Part shown: one piece after another, positions 1 through 10,817 of the stretch
Position numbering within the stretch: position 1 is the first letter of the stretch
Layout of the letters: every line of letters starts with the position of its first letter
NCBI GenBank assembly: GCA_017540815.1
Contig: JAFYAI010000144.1
Span: 685 to 64,684 of the forward strand
Source of the DNA: Spirochaetales bacterium
GTDB lineage: Bacteria > Spirochaetota > GWE2-31-10 > MWDO01
Reading direction: 5' to 3'
Length of the DNA: 64,000 nt
Notes under the pieces: generated by a model
Told to the model about the DNA's origin: nothing
The model's input: the letters and a program-made list of their open reading frames with translations, nothing else
Databases searched by the model: none
Made by a program: the position numbers and the translations under genes

Positions 1-951
1 TCTGACATAGCACGGGAAGAATTCCCGGATCTTGATCTGACCATCCGTGGTGCTATATCGATCGCACGACGGCTGCAGGATCCGCTGGCAGAACTTGTCA
101 AGATTGATCCTAAGTCTATCGGAGTCGGTCTCTACCAGCACGATGTCAATCAGACAGCATTGTCCGACAGCCTTGACGAAGTTGTTGAGTCCGTTGTAAA
201 CAATGTTGGTGTGAATATCAATACTGCTTCATTCTCACTCTTAAAGTATGTATCAGGCATTACAACATTCACCGCTAAGAATATCGTCGAATATCGTGAT
301 GATCATGGCCTAATCCGCTCACGCGAAGAACTGCACGATATTCCGGGTATCGGCGACAAAGTTTTCCAGCAGGCTGCTGGATTTATCAAGATACCTGAGA
401 GCGACAATCCGCTTGACAACACTTGGGTTCATCCTGAGAATTACGAGATTGCTTCGGTTATCTATGATTCTCTTAAAAAGAATGTCGAATTCAAAGATAA
501 AGACATTCTTGATATGGAGCGTAAATACGATGTCAGCGATACAGTTATCCGTGATATTATTGACGAGATTAAGAAACCTAATCGAGATCCGCGTGACGGA
601 TTCCCCAAGCCGATTATGCAGAAAGGCGTTGTGAAGTTTGAGGACCTCTCTGTCGGCATGAAAGTCAACGGAAAGGTTAAGAATGTAGTAGATTTCGGTG
701 CATTCGTCGATATTGGCATCAAAGAAACGGCACTTATCCATGTATCGCAGATGTCCAACAGTTATATTAAGTCTCCATCGGAAGTTCTTAAAGTCGGCGA
801 TGTCAAAGAATTCAAGATTATTGAGATTGACCCTGCCCGCAAACGAATTTCATTGTCACTTAAAGACGGTAAAGGTGCTTCTGCTTCACCAAGCGGACCA
901 CGCAAGCCGAAGTTTAACTATCGTGATTACATCGTAGAGACGATTGAATAA
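1..951 (+). CDS. tex: Tex-like RNA-binding transcription accessory protein (3' part; begins upstream of window)
   Basis: Frame is open from position 1 (SDIAREEFPDLD...ARRLQDPLAELVKIDPKSIGVGLYQHDV); HhH motifs and a C-terminal S1 domain (GKVKNVVDFGAFVDIG). Confidence 0.93.
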   Translation, partial: SDIAREEFPDLDLTIRGAISIARRLQDPLAELVKIDPKSIGVGLYQHDVNQTALSDSLDEVVESVVNNVGVNINTASFSLLKYVSGITTFTAKNIVEYRDDHGLIRSREELHDIPGIGDKVFQQAAGFIKIPESDNPLDNTWVHPENYEIASVIYDSLKKNVEFKDKDILDMERKYDVSDTVIRDIIDEIKKPNRDPRDGFPKPIMQKGVVKFEDLSVGMKVNGKVKNVVDFGAFVDIGIKETALIHVSQMSNSYIKSPSEVLKVGDVKEFKIIEIDPARKRISLSLKDGKGASASPSGPRKPKFNYRDYIVETIE

Positions 952-1025
952 AAATTCTTCGTGAGGAGTTGTGCAGGATGGCACAACTTCTCATGAAATT
1001 AATACAATTTATTAGGAGTTCTATT

Positions 1026-1634
1026 ATGGTTTTTTCGGAGTTGAAAGCAACGGCAAGGCAGCAGATGAAAGGCAATGTGCTGATTTTCTTCGGCACAACA
1101 TTTGTATTGGGGCTGATTCTCAGCGTCTCGTCTGCTACATTTGTTGGGCCGCTTGTTCTTGGTGGAGTGGTTGAACTTGGCACAGTCCTGTTGGCTTTAG
1201 AGATTGCTCGTGCAGGTAAAACTGAGTTCAATACAGGTTTTAAGGGGTTCACTCAATTTGGTTCTGCATTTATAGCAGCATTTGTCGGTTCAATCTTTAT
1301 TATGCTGTGGAGTTGTCTGTTCATTATTCCGGGCATTATCGCTGCATTTCGCTATTCAATGACATTCTACATTCTTGCTGACAATCCTGAGATGTCAGGT
1401 ATGGATGCACTCAACAAGTCAAAGGAAATGATGAAAGGTCACAAATGGGAGTTTTTCCTGCTGCAGCTGTCATTTATCGGCTGGTGCTTACTTGTTCCGT
1501 TCACATTTGGTATTCTGTTGATTTGGCTTACACCATACATTGAGACAACAAATGCTCTTTACTATGAAAAGATAAAAGATGAAATCTCTATAGATACTAC
1601 TACTGAAGATACTGATTCTACTGATGAAGAGTAA
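1026..1634 (+). CDS. DUF975 family membrane protein
   Basis: ELKATARQQMKG N-terminus, LWSCLFIIPGIIAAFRYSMT and SKEMMKGHKWEFF motifs; AGGAG RBS before ATG 1026. Confidence 0.85.
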   Translation: MVFSELKATARQQMKGNVLIFFGTTFVLGLILSVSSATFVGPLVLGGVVELGTVLLALEIARAGKTEFNTGFKGFTQFGSAFIAAFVGSIFIMLWSCLFIIPGIIAAFRYSMTFYILADNPEMSGMDALNKSKEMMKGHKWEFFLLQLSFIGWCLLVPFTFGILLIWLTPYIETTNALYYEKIKDEISIDTTTEDTDSTDEE

Positions 1635-1664
1635 AAAAAAGAGGTCGTTAGACCTCTTTTTTTT
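1633..1664. terminator. Bidirectional intrinsic terminator
   Basis: A8-GAGGTC-gtta-GACCTC-T8 between convergent genes. Confidence 0.85.
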
Positions 1665-1668
1665 ACTC

Positions 1669-3021
1669 TTAAAGTATGTACTTCGATAAATCCCTATTCT
1701 CAATAATATTACCTAACGCTTTATTAACATAATCCTTGTCAATGTTAATCACTTTGTTTTCAAGCTCAGGTGCATTGAAGCTAATATCCTCGAAGAGTTT
1801 CTCCATAATTGTATGCAGTCGGCGAGCACCGATATTCTCCGTATCAGAATTAACTTTAGTCGCATACTCTGCCAACATTTCGATAGCATCATCGGCAATG
1901 GAGATCTCCAAACCTTCAGTGCCAAGCAGTTCTTTATACTGAAGAATTAAGGCATTCTTAGGTTTAGTAAGTATCTCGATGAAGTCTTCTTTTGTAAGAC
2001 TTTGCAATTCGACACGAATCGGGAATCGTCCCTGAAGTTCCGGGATAAGATCTGACGGCTTGCTCATCGTAAATGCTCCGGCAGCGATAAACAAAATGTG
2101 GTCAGTGCGGACAAGACCGTATTTAGTATTAACCTGTGAGCCTTCTACAATCGGCAGCAGATCTCGCTGAACACCTTCGCGAGACACACCATCTGAACCG
2201 CGTGACTTAACAGCAACTTTATCTATCTCATCGATAAAGATTATACCTTCATTCTCAACACGGTCGATCGCTGTATCAGCAACTTTATCCATATCAAGCA
2301 GTTTATCTATCTCTTCATTGAGGATAATCTCTCTTGCCTGAGCGACAGTCACGCGGCGTTTCTTCTGCTTTGTGCCGCCAAACATTCCATTCATATCGGA
2401 GAGATTTATTCCGAATCCTTCAAGACCGGCTCCTGAGAACATCTCCACCATCGGTGAAGTCGAAACACTTACTGAGATCTCAACTTCGCGGTCGTCAAGT
2501 TTACCTTCGTCAAGCAGGACTTTCATCTTATCACGTGTGGGATTAAGTCCGTCATCCTGCACAATGACATCTTTATCATTATCATGCTTCTTTGCTTCGG
2601 GGACAAGGATTTTCAGCAGTTTCTCCTCAGTATGTTTCGTTGCGGCTTCCAGCACGGAGTCACGCATCTCTTCCTTTACGATCTTCACTGCCGCAGTCAC
2701 AAGATCTCTAACCATCGACTCAACATCGCGGCCGACATAGCCGACTTCTGTATATTTTGTTGCCTCAACTTTAACAAATGGAGCTTTGCAGAGTTTAGCA
2801 AGTCTTCGAGCAATCTCAGTCTTACCGACACCTGTCGGTCCGATCATAATGATATTCTTCGGAGCGATTTCCTCTCGCAGTTCCTTGTCAAGAACTTTTC
2901 GTCTCGCTCTGTTTCTCAGTGCTATCGCAACTGCTTTCTTCGCTTCTTTCTGACAAATGATATATTTATCAAGTTCTTCTACAATCTGACGAGGTGTCAG
3001 CTCATTTATTTCCTGTTTCAT
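1669..3021 (-). CDS. hslU: ATP-dependent protease ATPase subunit HslU
   Basis: [15 protein letters not shown], Walker [13 protein letters not shown] pore motif, IFIDEIDK, C-terminal DLSKYIL. Confidence 0.97.
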   Translation of the reverse strand: MKQEINELTPRQIVEELDKYIICQKEAKKAVAIALRNRARRKVLDKELREEIAPKNIIMIGPTGVGKTEIARRLAKLCKAPFVKVEATKYTEVGYVGRDVESMVRDLVTAAVKIVKEEMRDSVLEAATKHTEEKLLKILVPEAKKHDNDKDVIVQDDGLNPTRDKMKVLLDEGKLDDREVEISVSVSTSPMVEMFSGAGLEGFGINLSDMNGMFGGTKQKKRRVTVAQAREIILNEEIDKLLDMDKVADTAIDRVENEGIIFIDEIDKVAVKSRGSDGVSREGVQRDLLPIVEGSQVNTKYGLVRTDHILFIAAGAFTMSKPSDLIPELQGRFPIRVELQSLTKEDFIEILTKPKNALILQYKELLGTEGLEISIADDAIEMLAEYATKVNSDTENIGARRLHTIMEKLFEDISFNAPELENKVINIDKDYVNKALGNIIENRDLSKYIL

Positions 3022-3551
3022 TTAATCTCCTCCAACATAATGCTGTGATTAGTATAGATACAGATGTCGCCTGCAATCTCAAGCGATTTCTTGGCGATCT
3101 CTGCAGCAGAATAATTAGAGCACTCCAGATACGCCCGTGCCGCTGACAATGCGTAGTTGCCGCCGCTTCCGATAGCCGCTATGCCCATATCAGGCTCAAC
3201 GACATCGCCTGTTCCTGATATAATGAATGTTGCATTCTTATCTGCAACAATCAGAAATGCTTCAAGTTTTCGCAGATTCTTATCTGTTCGCCAATCTTTT
3301 GCAAGTTCAACCGACGCACGTGTCAAGTCGCCCATGTATTCTTCGACTTTCGCCTCGAATTTATCGAAAAGATTAAACGCATCAGCGGTACTGCCTGCGA
3401 ATCCGATAATGATCTGATCATGATAGATTTTCCTTAGTTTTCGGGCGTTGCTTTTCAGCACTGTATTTCCGAATGTCACCTGCCCATCGGCAGCCATTGC
3501 CACCTGTCCGTCTTTGCGAACGGCAAGCACAGTCGTAGATCTAACTCTCAT
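3018..3551 (-). CDS. hslV: ATP-dependent protease peptidase subunit HslV
   Basis: N-terminal [31 protein letters not shown]; overlaps the hslU start by 4 bp. Confidence 0.97.
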   Translation of the reverse strand: MRVRSTTVLAVRKDGQVAMAADGQVTFGNTVLKSNARKLRKIYHDQIIIGFAGSTADAFNLFDKFEAKVEEYMGDLTRASVELAKDWRTDKNLRKLEAFLIVADKNATFIISGTGDVVEPDMGIAAIGSGGNYALSAARAYLECSNYSAAEIAKKSLEIAGDICIYTNHSIMLEEIK

Positions 3552-3606
3552 AATGATACCTCATAATTTTTTATTTCCTATAATTTAGTAAAAAATTATC
3601 GAAATT

Positions 3607-4203
3607 TCAAGCAAATTTATTACTTTTTATTAAAAAAATTATACATAATGCAAAAATACTCAAAACCAATGCATTATAAATAATGAATTTCAGCGAGATT
3701 TTGCTCTTCTCCTCATTCTGAGTCTCCGGAATGCCTCTTTTATAGATGACGATTAGTTTCTTTATAATCATCTTGAAGTTTTTACTCTTGGCAACAATCT
3801 CTATCAAATATCGAAAATATTGCAGTGACATTCCAAGAAGTGATTTGCCTGAACTCTTTATAAAATGCACCTTCTCGGAGAAGAAATTCCCAGTAAAAAG
3901 AAACAGCCCAAACACAAGTGCAGCATTAGCAGCGGCTCTATGCACTCCATATTCCGTAATATTGACTGCTCCGACTGACACGACAATTCTGCCGCCGCTT
4001 GTAAAAATGTTCAATATGCCAATAATCAGCGATATAATGAGCATCTTTATAAATATCTTTCTTCGTCCGCCGCGGATAATGTAATATATCAATTCTACAA
4101 CCAATACAGCGGCGAAATAGAGATTATATATCACAGCAGCCACAGCGGCGAAATGAACTGCACAAGTCAATATGTAAACAGAAGCATTAAATTTGGGTTT
4201 CAT
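3607..4203 (-). CDS. Hypothetical membrane protein (weak resemblance to ECF transporter T component)
   Basis: 198 aa with several hydrophobic segments and a G...NITEYGV motif reminiscent of EcfT; family call is weak. Confidence 0.5.
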   Translation of the reverse strand: MKPKFNASVYILTCAVHFAAVAAVIYNLYFAAVLVVELIYYIIRGGRRKIFIKMLIISLIIGILNIFTSGGRIVVSVGAVNITEYGVHRAAANAALVFGLFLFTGNFFSEKVHFIKSSGKSLLGMSLQYFRYLIEIVAKSKNFKMIIKKLIVIYKRGIPETQNEEKSKISLKFIIYNALVLSIFALCIIFLIKSNKFA

Positions 4204-4207
4204 TCGA

Positions 4208-4240
4208 TAAAAAAAAGAGACTCTTTTAGAGTCTCTTTTA
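4208..4240 (-). terminator. Intrinsic terminator of ribosomal supercluster
   Basis: AAAAGAGACTC-tttta-GAGTCTCTTTT hairpin with a U-tract on the minus strand downstream of rplQ. Confidence 0.8.
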
Positions 4241-4265
4241 TCCTTTTTATTTCATTATAGGAAAA

Positions 4266-5087
4266 TTAAAACTTAGCAACATTTGCTTTCAAGTCATCGA
4301 TAGCTTTGAGACAATTAGCCTTGTCAGCATAGCCATAACTTGTAGCAAGAATCTTACCAGCCTCAGACTTCAATCGGAATGTTGTCTTGCTGTCCTTAGT
4401 GATTACTTCGTATTTAGCACCAGTAATCTCCGGCTGATCCTCATCACTGTCAAGGTCTTCTACACCTGCTGTTGCAGCTGCAGCTTTGAATGCTTCCATA
4501 TCAGCCTTAGCAACATCTTCTGCTGCTGCATCACTGCTCAAGATAACATTAGCACCATTAGCCAATGTGAACTTGAACTGATCGCCGTCAGCAACTACAG
4601 CTAACTTAGAATCTGCCTTTACAGCAAAGTCTGTATCATTAGCTTTAACTTCTGCTTTCTTTTCAGCAGCAGGAGCTTCCTTAGCAGCCGACTTGTTGTC
4701 TTTCTTAGCTTTCTTCTTAGGTGCAGCCTCTTCGTTAATCAACTCTAAGTATGCCATATCAGAACCATCACCAAGTCTCTTCTTACTGAGTCTGATAATT
4801 CTTGTATAACCGCCTTCACGACCAACATAATTCGGAGCAATCTCTGTAAAGAGTTTCTTCAGAATGTCTTTATCCTGAATAGTCTTAGCCACGATACGAA
4901 TATTGTGCAGATTATTTACACGAGCACGAGTGATAATCTTCTCGGCTACGCTTCGGATTTCTTTTGCCTTGATTACAGTCGTCTTAATTCGACCATATTT
5001 GAATAAGGCTTCACACATATTTCTGTATAACGCACTTCTGTGAGCGGTTGTTCGATTTAATTTTCTAAATTTTTTTAAGTGATCCAT
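4266..5087 (-). CDS. rplQ: 50S ribosomal protein L17 with C-terminal K/A-rich linker and tandem YegP/DUF1508-like domains
   Basis: L17 core (RKLNRTTAHRSAL, GRIKTT, REGGYTRI) in the first ~118 aa, followed by a ~155 aa extension. Confidence 0.95.
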   Translation of the reverse strand: MDHLKKFRKLNRTTAHRSALYRNMCEALFKYGRIKTTVIKAKEIRSVAEKIITRARVNNLHNIRIVAKTIQDKDILKKLFTEIAPNYVGREGGYTRIIRLSKKRLGDGSDMAYLELINEEAAPKKKAKKDNKSAAKEAPAAEKKAEVKANDTDFAVKADSKLAVVADGDQFKFTLANGANVILSSDAAAEDVAKADMEAFKAAAATAGVEDLDSDEDQPEITGAKYEVITKDSKTTFRLKSEAGKILATSYGYADKANCLKAIDDLKANVAKF

Positions 5088-5101
5088 TTTTTCCTCACAA
5101 A

Positions 5102-6130
5102 TTACGATTTCTTTTTATTCAGTACTTTTGATACTTCTTCTTCCATACCGAAAGTCAGTTTTTGCTTAGCAAGTTTTTCCTTAATCTCCAACAGAGATTT
5201 CTTACCGAATGCCCTGATTTTAGAGATATGCTCTTCTGACTTGCTTACCAAGTCTCCGATTGTTCGGATATTTACCGTTCTCAGACAATTGCTTGCTCGG
5301 ACAGAAAGCTCTAACTCATCAATCGGTGTCTCAAACAACTGTTTGCGGCTGTCATCCTCACGGCTGAGTTCCATCTCTGACTCGTCAGCCTCTTCTTCAA
5401 AGTTGATGAAGATCTGCAGATGCTCTTTCAAGATCTTGGCAGCACCGGCTAACGCATCCTCAGGCTTGATAGTTCCGTCAGTCCAAAGTTCAAAGATTAT
5501 CTTATCATAATCATTTCTTGAGCCGACTCGTGTATTTACAACCTCATATTTTACTTTCTCGATAGGACTAAACATAGCATCTATCGAAATTGTATCAAGA
5601 GCTTCGATATATTCTTCCTGTCGCTCTGCACCAACATAACCACGACCTAAGTCAATCTGCAACTCAACAACAACATTTCCTTTGTCACTAAGTGTAAACA
5701 GATGATATTCCGGGTTTAGAACTTCGATTGTATCATCAATTGCCAAATCAGCAGCAGTGATTTCACAGAATCCCTGTTTCTCAACACGAATCGTCTTGGA
5801 TTCAAGGTCATCTGTCAGCCGCAGTTTCACATTCTTAAGATTATTGATAATCTCGCTTGTTTCTTCTTTTACTTCAGGAATTGACTCAAAAGCAGAAGAC
5901 AATGTGTGCGGATTACCGTTTTCATCATAAGTTGTAACCTTCATCGCAGAAATAGCGTATCCTGGAATACTAGATAAGAGCAATCTTCTAAAAGTGTTCG
6001 CTAAAGTATGTCCAAAACCCCTTTCCAGCGGATAAATCAAAAATTTGCCGTAGTTTGATGTACAGCCGTCTTTTTCATATTGTAATTTTTTCGGTTTTTG
6101 AAAACCCTTAACTAACATTTTTGAATTCAC
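5102..6130 (-). CDS. rpoA: RNA polymerase subunit alpha
   Basis: PLERGFGHTLANTFRRLLLSSIPG; CTD IDELELSVRASNCL; GTG start. Confidence 0.97.
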   Translation of the reverse strand: MNSKMLVKGFQKPKKLQYEKDGCTSNYGKFLIYPLERGFGHTLANTFRRLLLSSIPGYAISAMKVTTYDENGNPHTLSSAFESIPEVKEETSEIINNLKNVKLRLTDDLESKTIRVEKQGFCEITAADLAIDDTIEVLNPEYHLFTLSDKGNVVVELQIDLGRGYVGAERQEEYIEALDTISIDAMFSPIEKVKYEVVNTRVGSRNDYDKIIFELWTDGTIKPEDALAGAAKILKEHLQIFINFEEEADESEMELSREDDSRKQLFETPIDELELSVRASNCLRTVNIRTIGDLVSKSEEHISKIRAFGKKSLLEIKEKLAKQKLTFGMEEEVSKVLNKKKS

Positions 6131-6148
6131 TATATTCTCCTAATTTAA

Positions 6149-6799
6149 TTATTTTGAATACAATTCGACTATCAACTGCTCGTTAATATCTGTTAAATCA
6201 ACAATCTCGGATCGTCTTGGTATCTGCTTAAGAGTTCCTGTCAACTTGCCTTTATCAACATCGAGCCATGGCATAACACCCTGCGTATCGATCATCTTCA
6301 TTGCTTCTCCGATAACAGCGAGTTCCTTGCTCTTCTCTTTGAAAGAAACAACATCGCCCTCTTTAAGATTGTATGAAGGGATATTAACCTTGCGTCCGTT
6401 TACTTCAACATGACCGTGGAGAATAAGCTGTCTTGCCTGTGCTCTTGAAGATGCGAAGTGCATTCTGTAAAGAACATTATCAAGACGAGTCTCAAGAATC
6501 TTAATGAGGTTCTCACCTGTGATACCCTTCTGTCGGTTAGCAATCTCAAAGTATCTTCTGAACTGCTTCTCCAAAATGCCATACATCTGTTTAACTTTCT
6601 GCTTCTCTTTAAGCTGAACACCATATACAGACATCTTCTTCATTCGTGTGCCCTGTGATTTTCCCGGAGCACATTTTCGGAGAAGACTGTAGTTCTTATC
6701 GATCGGGCACTTAGCTGTAATACATCTTTCACCTTTAAGGAAAAGTTTCTGATTTTCAGCTCTGCATCGTCTGCATTTTGCCTGTAAATATCTTGCCAT
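6149..6799 (-). CDS. rpsD: 30S ribosomal protein S4
   Basis: MARY..KCRRCR, LETRLDNV, EQLIVELYSK. Confidence 0.98.
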   Translation of the reverse strand: MARYLQAKCRRCRAENQKLFLKGERCITAKCPIDKNYSLLRKCAPGKSQGTRMKKMSVYGVQLKEKQKVKQMYGILEKQFRRYFEIANRQKGITGENLIKILETRLDNVLYRMHFASSRAQARQLILHGHVEVNGRKVNIPSYNLKEGDVVSFKEKSKELAVIGEAMKMIDTQGVMPWLDVDKGKLTGTLKQIPRRSEIVDLTDINEQLIVELYSK

Positions 6800-6824
6800 A
6801 ATTAAACTCCTTCAAATCTGCCAG

Positions 6825-7220
6825 TTAGACTCTTCTTCTTTTCTTTGGTCTGCATCCGTTATGCGGAACAGGAGTAACATCTTTAATCATCGAAACATAC
6901 AGTCCGACATTATCAAGACTTCTGACAGCAGACTCTCGTCCCATACCAGGTCCTTTCAGATATACTTCAACCTCTTTAAGACCGTAAGCATCAATTGCTT
7001 TCTTAGCCGCATTCTCTGCAACAAGCTGTGCTGCGAATGGAGTAGATTTCTTAGCACCTCGGAATCCAGCCAATGTTCCTGATGAACACCAAGACAGAAC
7101 ATTGCCCTGTTTATCTGTTACAGTGACAATGGTATTATTAAAAGACACCTGAATAAATACTTTTCCGTATCCGATGACTTTTTTATCCTTCTTTTTACCT
7201 TTTCCTACTACTTTAGCCAC
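6825..7220 (-). CDS. rpsK: 30S ribosomal protein S11
   Basis: [27 protein letters not shown]. Confidence 0.98.
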   Translation of the reverse strand: MAKVVGKGKKKDKKVIGYGKVFIQVSFNNTIVTVTDKQGNVLSWCSSGTLAGFRGAKKSTPFAAQLVAENAAKKAIDAYGLKEVEVYLKGPGMGRESAVRSLDNVGLYVSMIKDVTPVPHNGCRPKKRRRV

Positions 7221-7261
7221 TTTGTACTCCTTTATACTCTAGTACTATTACCCGTTAATTA

Positions 7262-7627
7262 TTATTTCTTCTTGCCTGCAACTGTTCGCTTCTTGCCCTT
7301 TCGAGTTCGTGAATTTGTCTTAGTTCTCTGACCACGAACAGGCAATCCTTTTCTGTGTCTCAGACCTCTGTATGATGCAATATCCATTAATCGCTTAATG
7401 TTCATCTGCACTACAGTTCGCAGTCGTCCCTCGACTACATACTCATTCTCTATAACTTTTCTTAACTCATTTACTTCAGCTTCGCTTAAGTCATTAGCAC
7501 GAACACCGAGTTTAACATTCGCTTTCTCACATATCTTCTTAGCACTCGTATTACCGATACCATATATATATGTCAAAGCAAACTCAATAGGTTTATTTGG
7601 TAAATCAATACCTGCGATTCTCGCCAT
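7262..7627 (-). CDS. rpsM: 30S ribosomal protein S13
   Basis: [30 protein letters not shown]. Confidence 0.98.
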   Translation of the reverse strand: MARIAGIDLPNKPIEFALTYIYGIGNTSAKKICEKANVKLGVRANDLSEAEVNELRKVIENEYVVEGRLRTVVQMNIKRLMDIASYRGLRHRKGLPVRGQRTKTNSRTRKGKKRTVAGKKK

Positions 7628-7664
7628 TGCATTCTCCTAAAATAATGTATCCTACAAATTAAAC

Positions 7665-7778
7665 TTACTTCTGTCTCTGTTTGTGTCGAACATTTTCGCA
7701 CACAACTCTGATTACGCCTCTTCTCTTAATAACTCTACACTTATCACATATAGGTTTTACACTTGCTCTTACTTTCAT
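7665..7778 (-). CDS. rpmJ: 50S ribosomal protein L36 (not in ORF track)
   Basis: Manual translation [37 protein letters not shown] (37 aa), with a GAGGAG RBS. Confidence 0.96.
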   Translation of the reverse strand: MKVRASVKPICDKCRVIKRRGVIRVVCENVRHKQRQK

Positions 7779-7794
7779 ACGAACTCCTCATTTA

Positions 7795-9120
7795 TTAGAA
7801 ATTTCTCGACCGAATCTTACCTTTACTTACCAATCCATCCTGATGATGCATCTTAAGATGTGAGTCTATCTGGCTCATTACATCAAGAACAACGCCAACC
7901 ATGATTATAAGCGATGTACCGCCAAGCAGGTAGGCAAAACTTGCAGGGAATTCCGGGATTAAATCAATAATCACAGTCGGTATCAAGGCGATGAAAGCCA
8001 AGAATATCGAACCCGGCAATACTATTCGGTTAAGAACCTTTGTCAAGTATTCCTCTACTTTATTGATAGGAATACCCGGTATAGTTCCTCCGTTCTCTCT
8101 TATGTTCTTAGCAATCTCTATAGGATTCAGTGTTACCTGTGTATAGAAATATGCGAAGAATATAATCAACAGTGTATAAACTGTCAAATATACCCAACTG
8201 CCTCTTGTAAGAGAGTTGCTGATCGCTGTTATCCAACCAACATTTCTGAACATTGCACCCATTGTCTGAGGTATGATCAGCACTGAACTTGCAAAGATGA
8301 TAGGTATTACACCCGACGGATTGATCTTAAACGGCAGGTATGTATTCGGAGCACCGCCATACACTTTTCGTCCCACGATTCGCTTTGCATAGTTTACAGG
8401 TATCTTTCGCTGTCCCTGCTGCTCATAGATACACAATGCTATAATAAATATAAACATTATAAGTATCAACAGTACGATAGGAATATCCAACTCACCGCGC
8501 TGAACTTTATCGAACAACTGCTTCAATGCACCCGGAACACGAGCTACGATACCTGCAAAGATGATAAGCGATATACCGTTGCTTATACCTTTTTCAGTTA
8601 TCTTTTCACCCATCCACATAAGTATCATCGTACCTGTCATCGTGATAACGATCGTCAGAATGTAGAAATACACTCTCGGATTCATCACTACTACATTCTC
8701 AGGCAGCGAACCGATAAAATTGATCGTCAGGAAACTCTGAACCAAACAAACAGGCAGAGTACCTATCCTGGAGTACTGTGCAAACTTTTTTCGTCCGCCT
8801 TCTTCTTCAACCATACGCTTGAGAGAAGGAACAACAATCATCAGCAACTGCATAATAATAGTCGTTGTGATATACGGCATAATACCGAGTGCAAAAATCG
8901 ACATATTATCAAATGCACCACCTGCAAAAAAGTTAAAGTACTGCATAATAGGATCAGCACTTCCCTGCTGCGACTCTATGAACAATTTCAATGCAGAAAA
9001 ATCTATACCCGGCACAGGAATCTGTGTTCCGAGACGATACAGAATCAAAATCCCCAATGAATAAAGAATTCTGTTTCGTAATTCTTTTATCTTAAAAATA
9101 TTTCCTAATGTATTTGCCAT
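7795..9120 (-). CDS. secY: Preprotein translocase subunit SecY
   Basis: SIFALGIMPYIT, GISNGISLIIFAGI, GGTSLIIMVGV; multiple TM segments. Confidence 0.98.
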   Translation of the reverse strand: MANTLGNIFKIKELRNRILYSLGILILYRLGTQIPVPGIDFSALKLFIESQQGSADPIMQYFNFFAGGAFDNMSIFALGIMPYITTTIIMQLLMIVVPSLKRMVEEEGGRKKFAQYSRIGTLPVCLVQSFLTINFIGSLPENVVVMNPRVYFYILTIVITMTGTMILMWMGEKITEKGISNGISLIIFAGIVARVPGALKQLFDKVQRGELDIPIVLLILIMFIFIIALCIYEQQGQRKIPVNYAKRIVGRKVYGGAPNTYLPFKINPSGVIPIIFASSVLIIPQTMGAMFRNVGWITAISNSLTRGSWVYLTVYTLLIIFFAYFYTQVTLNPIEIAKNIRENGGTIPGIPINKVEEYLTKVLNRIVLPGSIFLAFIALIPTVIIDLIPEFPASFAYLLGGTSLIIMVGVVLDVMSQIDSHLKMHHQDGLVSKGKIRSRNF

Positions 9121-9155
9121 TATTATTCCTTATATTTTATCAATAAAACAATCAC

Positions 9156-9626
9156 TTATTCTGCTTTTGCTTCCTGACATTCACACAATACTACAGCTTT
9201 ACCGCCGGCTTTCTCGATTTTTTCTTTAGCACTCTTAGAGAAAACATCTGCTTTAACTTCGAGCTTCTTGGTCAGATCACCGATACCCAAGATCTTAATG
9301 CCTTTCTTACCGGAGATCTTAACACCTGCAGCAGCCAAAGCATCACGATCTATAACAGCACCATTTTCAAATGCGTCAAGCATGTACAGATTTACTTCAT
9401 TATACTCTTTCTTAAATCGAGCATTCTTAAAGCCTCTCTTAGGCAATCGTCTGAACAATGGAGTCTGTCCACCTTCAAATCCCGGTCGTGTACCGCCGCC
9501 TTTTCGAGCATTCTGTCCTTTGTGACCTTTACCTGCAGTTTTACCTGTGCCTGAACCGGGTCCTCGGCCTATTCTTTTTGTATTTTTCTTACAACCGTAA
9601 GGTCGTTTCAACATTTCAACTGACAT
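9156..9626 (-). CDS. rplO: 50S ribosomal protein L15
   Basis: RIGRGPGSGTGKTAGKGHKGQ, FEGGQTPLFRRLPKRGF. Confidence 0.97.
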   Translation of the reverse strand: MSVEMLKRPYGCKKNTKRIGRGPGSGTGKTAGKGHKGQNARKGGGTRPGFEGGQTPLFRRLPKRGFKNARFKKEYNEVNLYMLDAFENGAVIDRDALAAAGVKISGKKGIKILGIGDLTKKLEVKADVFSKSAKEKIEKAGGKAVVLCECQEAKAE

Positions 9627-9648
9627 CACAATCCCCTTAAATACATTC

Positions 9649-9828
9649 TTATTCAGTTACTTGAACTAAATGTTTAACCTTAAATATCATTCCACGAACT
9701 ACAGGTGTATCATCGAATTCCCGCTCTGCATTAATTCTTCTGAGTCCCAATGCGGTCAGCGTGTTTCTCTGATCCTGAAGTATTCCGTATTTAGATTTAA
9801 TTAATTTAACTTTAATCTTTTTTGCCAT
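9649..9828 (-). CDS. rpmD: 50S ribosomal protein L30
   Basis: KIKVKLIKS, TLTALGLRR, VRGMIFKVKHLV. Confidence 0.95.
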   Translation of the reverse strand: MAKKIKVKLIKSKYGILQDQRNTLTALGLRRINAEREFDDTPVVRGMIFKVKHLVQVTE

Positions 9829-9843
9829 TTCCAATACCCCTTA

Positions 9844-10395
9844 TCAGAACAAATCCGCCATTTTCTTGCCGCGTCTAGCAGCAACATCTTTGATGTTTCT
9901 CAGTGACTGCAAGCCAAGAATAGTAGCCTTTGTTACATTTACCTGATTCTTAGACCCCAACACCTTTGCAAGCACATCTGTTACACCTACAGAATCCATA
10001 ATCGATCGAACAGCACCACCGGCAATAACACCTGTACCAGGAGCAGCAGGTCGAATAATAACTTTCGATCCTTTGAACTCACCGATAATTTCATGCGGAA
10101 CTGTTTTCTTCTTTGTAAGATATATCTTCTGCATATTCTTCTTTGCATTCTGCGAAGCCTTAGAGATCGCATCAGAAACCTCATTAGCCTTACCAAAACC
10201 AATTCCGATTCTTCCGTCTTTATCGCCTACAGCAACAAGAACAGAGAAACTAAATCGGCGACCACCTTTTACAACTTTTGCAACACGGCGAGTCTTGATA
10301 ATAGTCTCTTCAAGCTGTGCCTCTACTGCACCCTCGTCAGCCTGCATATTTACCGAATTAAAATCTTTATCTGTATTTTTTTCTAAATCAGCCAT
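9844..10395 (-). CDS. rpsE: 30S ribosomal protein S5
   Basis: RVAKVVKGGRRFSF, PAAPGTGVIAGG; start chosen by the GAGGA RBS. Confidence 0.97.
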   Translation of the reverse strand: MADLEKNTDKDFNSVNMQADEGAVEAQLEETIIKTRRVAKVVKGGRRFSFSVLVAVGDKDGRIGIGFGKANEVSDAISKASQNAKKNMQKIYLTKKKTVPHEIIGEFKGSKVIIRPAAPGTGVIAGGAVRSIMDSVGVTDVLAKVLGSKNQVNVTKATILGLQSLRNIKDVAARRGKKMADLF

Positions 10396-10415
10396 TGTAT
10401 CCTCTCGCACCATCT

Positions 10416-10781
10416 TTAAAACTTCAAACCAGCATCACGAGCAGCATCAGCCAATGCCTGAATCTTACCCGTATATAAGTAGCCATTTCTATCGAATACA
10501 ACTGATGTTATATTCTTATCGAGCAGTTTCTTTGCTATATCTGCACCGACTTTTGCTACAACTTCTTTATTAAGCTTTGTTTCTTTCTTGCCTTTAAACA
10601 GTGCAAGACTCGACGATGCAGCAAGTGTCTCACCTTTTACATCATCAATAGCCTGTACATATATATATTTATTGCTTCGGAATACTGACAGCCGCGGTTT
10701 ATCAGCCGTGCCGTTTAATTTTTTGCCAACTCTCTTTTTTCTTTTGAGCTGTCTCTCATTAACCCAATTAGTCTTAAACAT
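10416..10781 (-). CDS. rplR: 50S ribosomal protein L18
   Basis: [39 protein letters not shown]. Confidence 0.97.
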   Translation of the reverse strand: MFKTNWVNERQLKRKKRVGKKLNGTADKPRLSVFRSNKYIYVQAIDDVKGETLAASSSLALFKGKKETKLNKEVVAKVGADIAKKLLDKNITSVVFDRNGYLYTGKIQALADAARDAGLKF

Positions 10782-10817
10782 ACTATCTCCAAAATTTTAA
10801 TACTAAACAATACCAGC

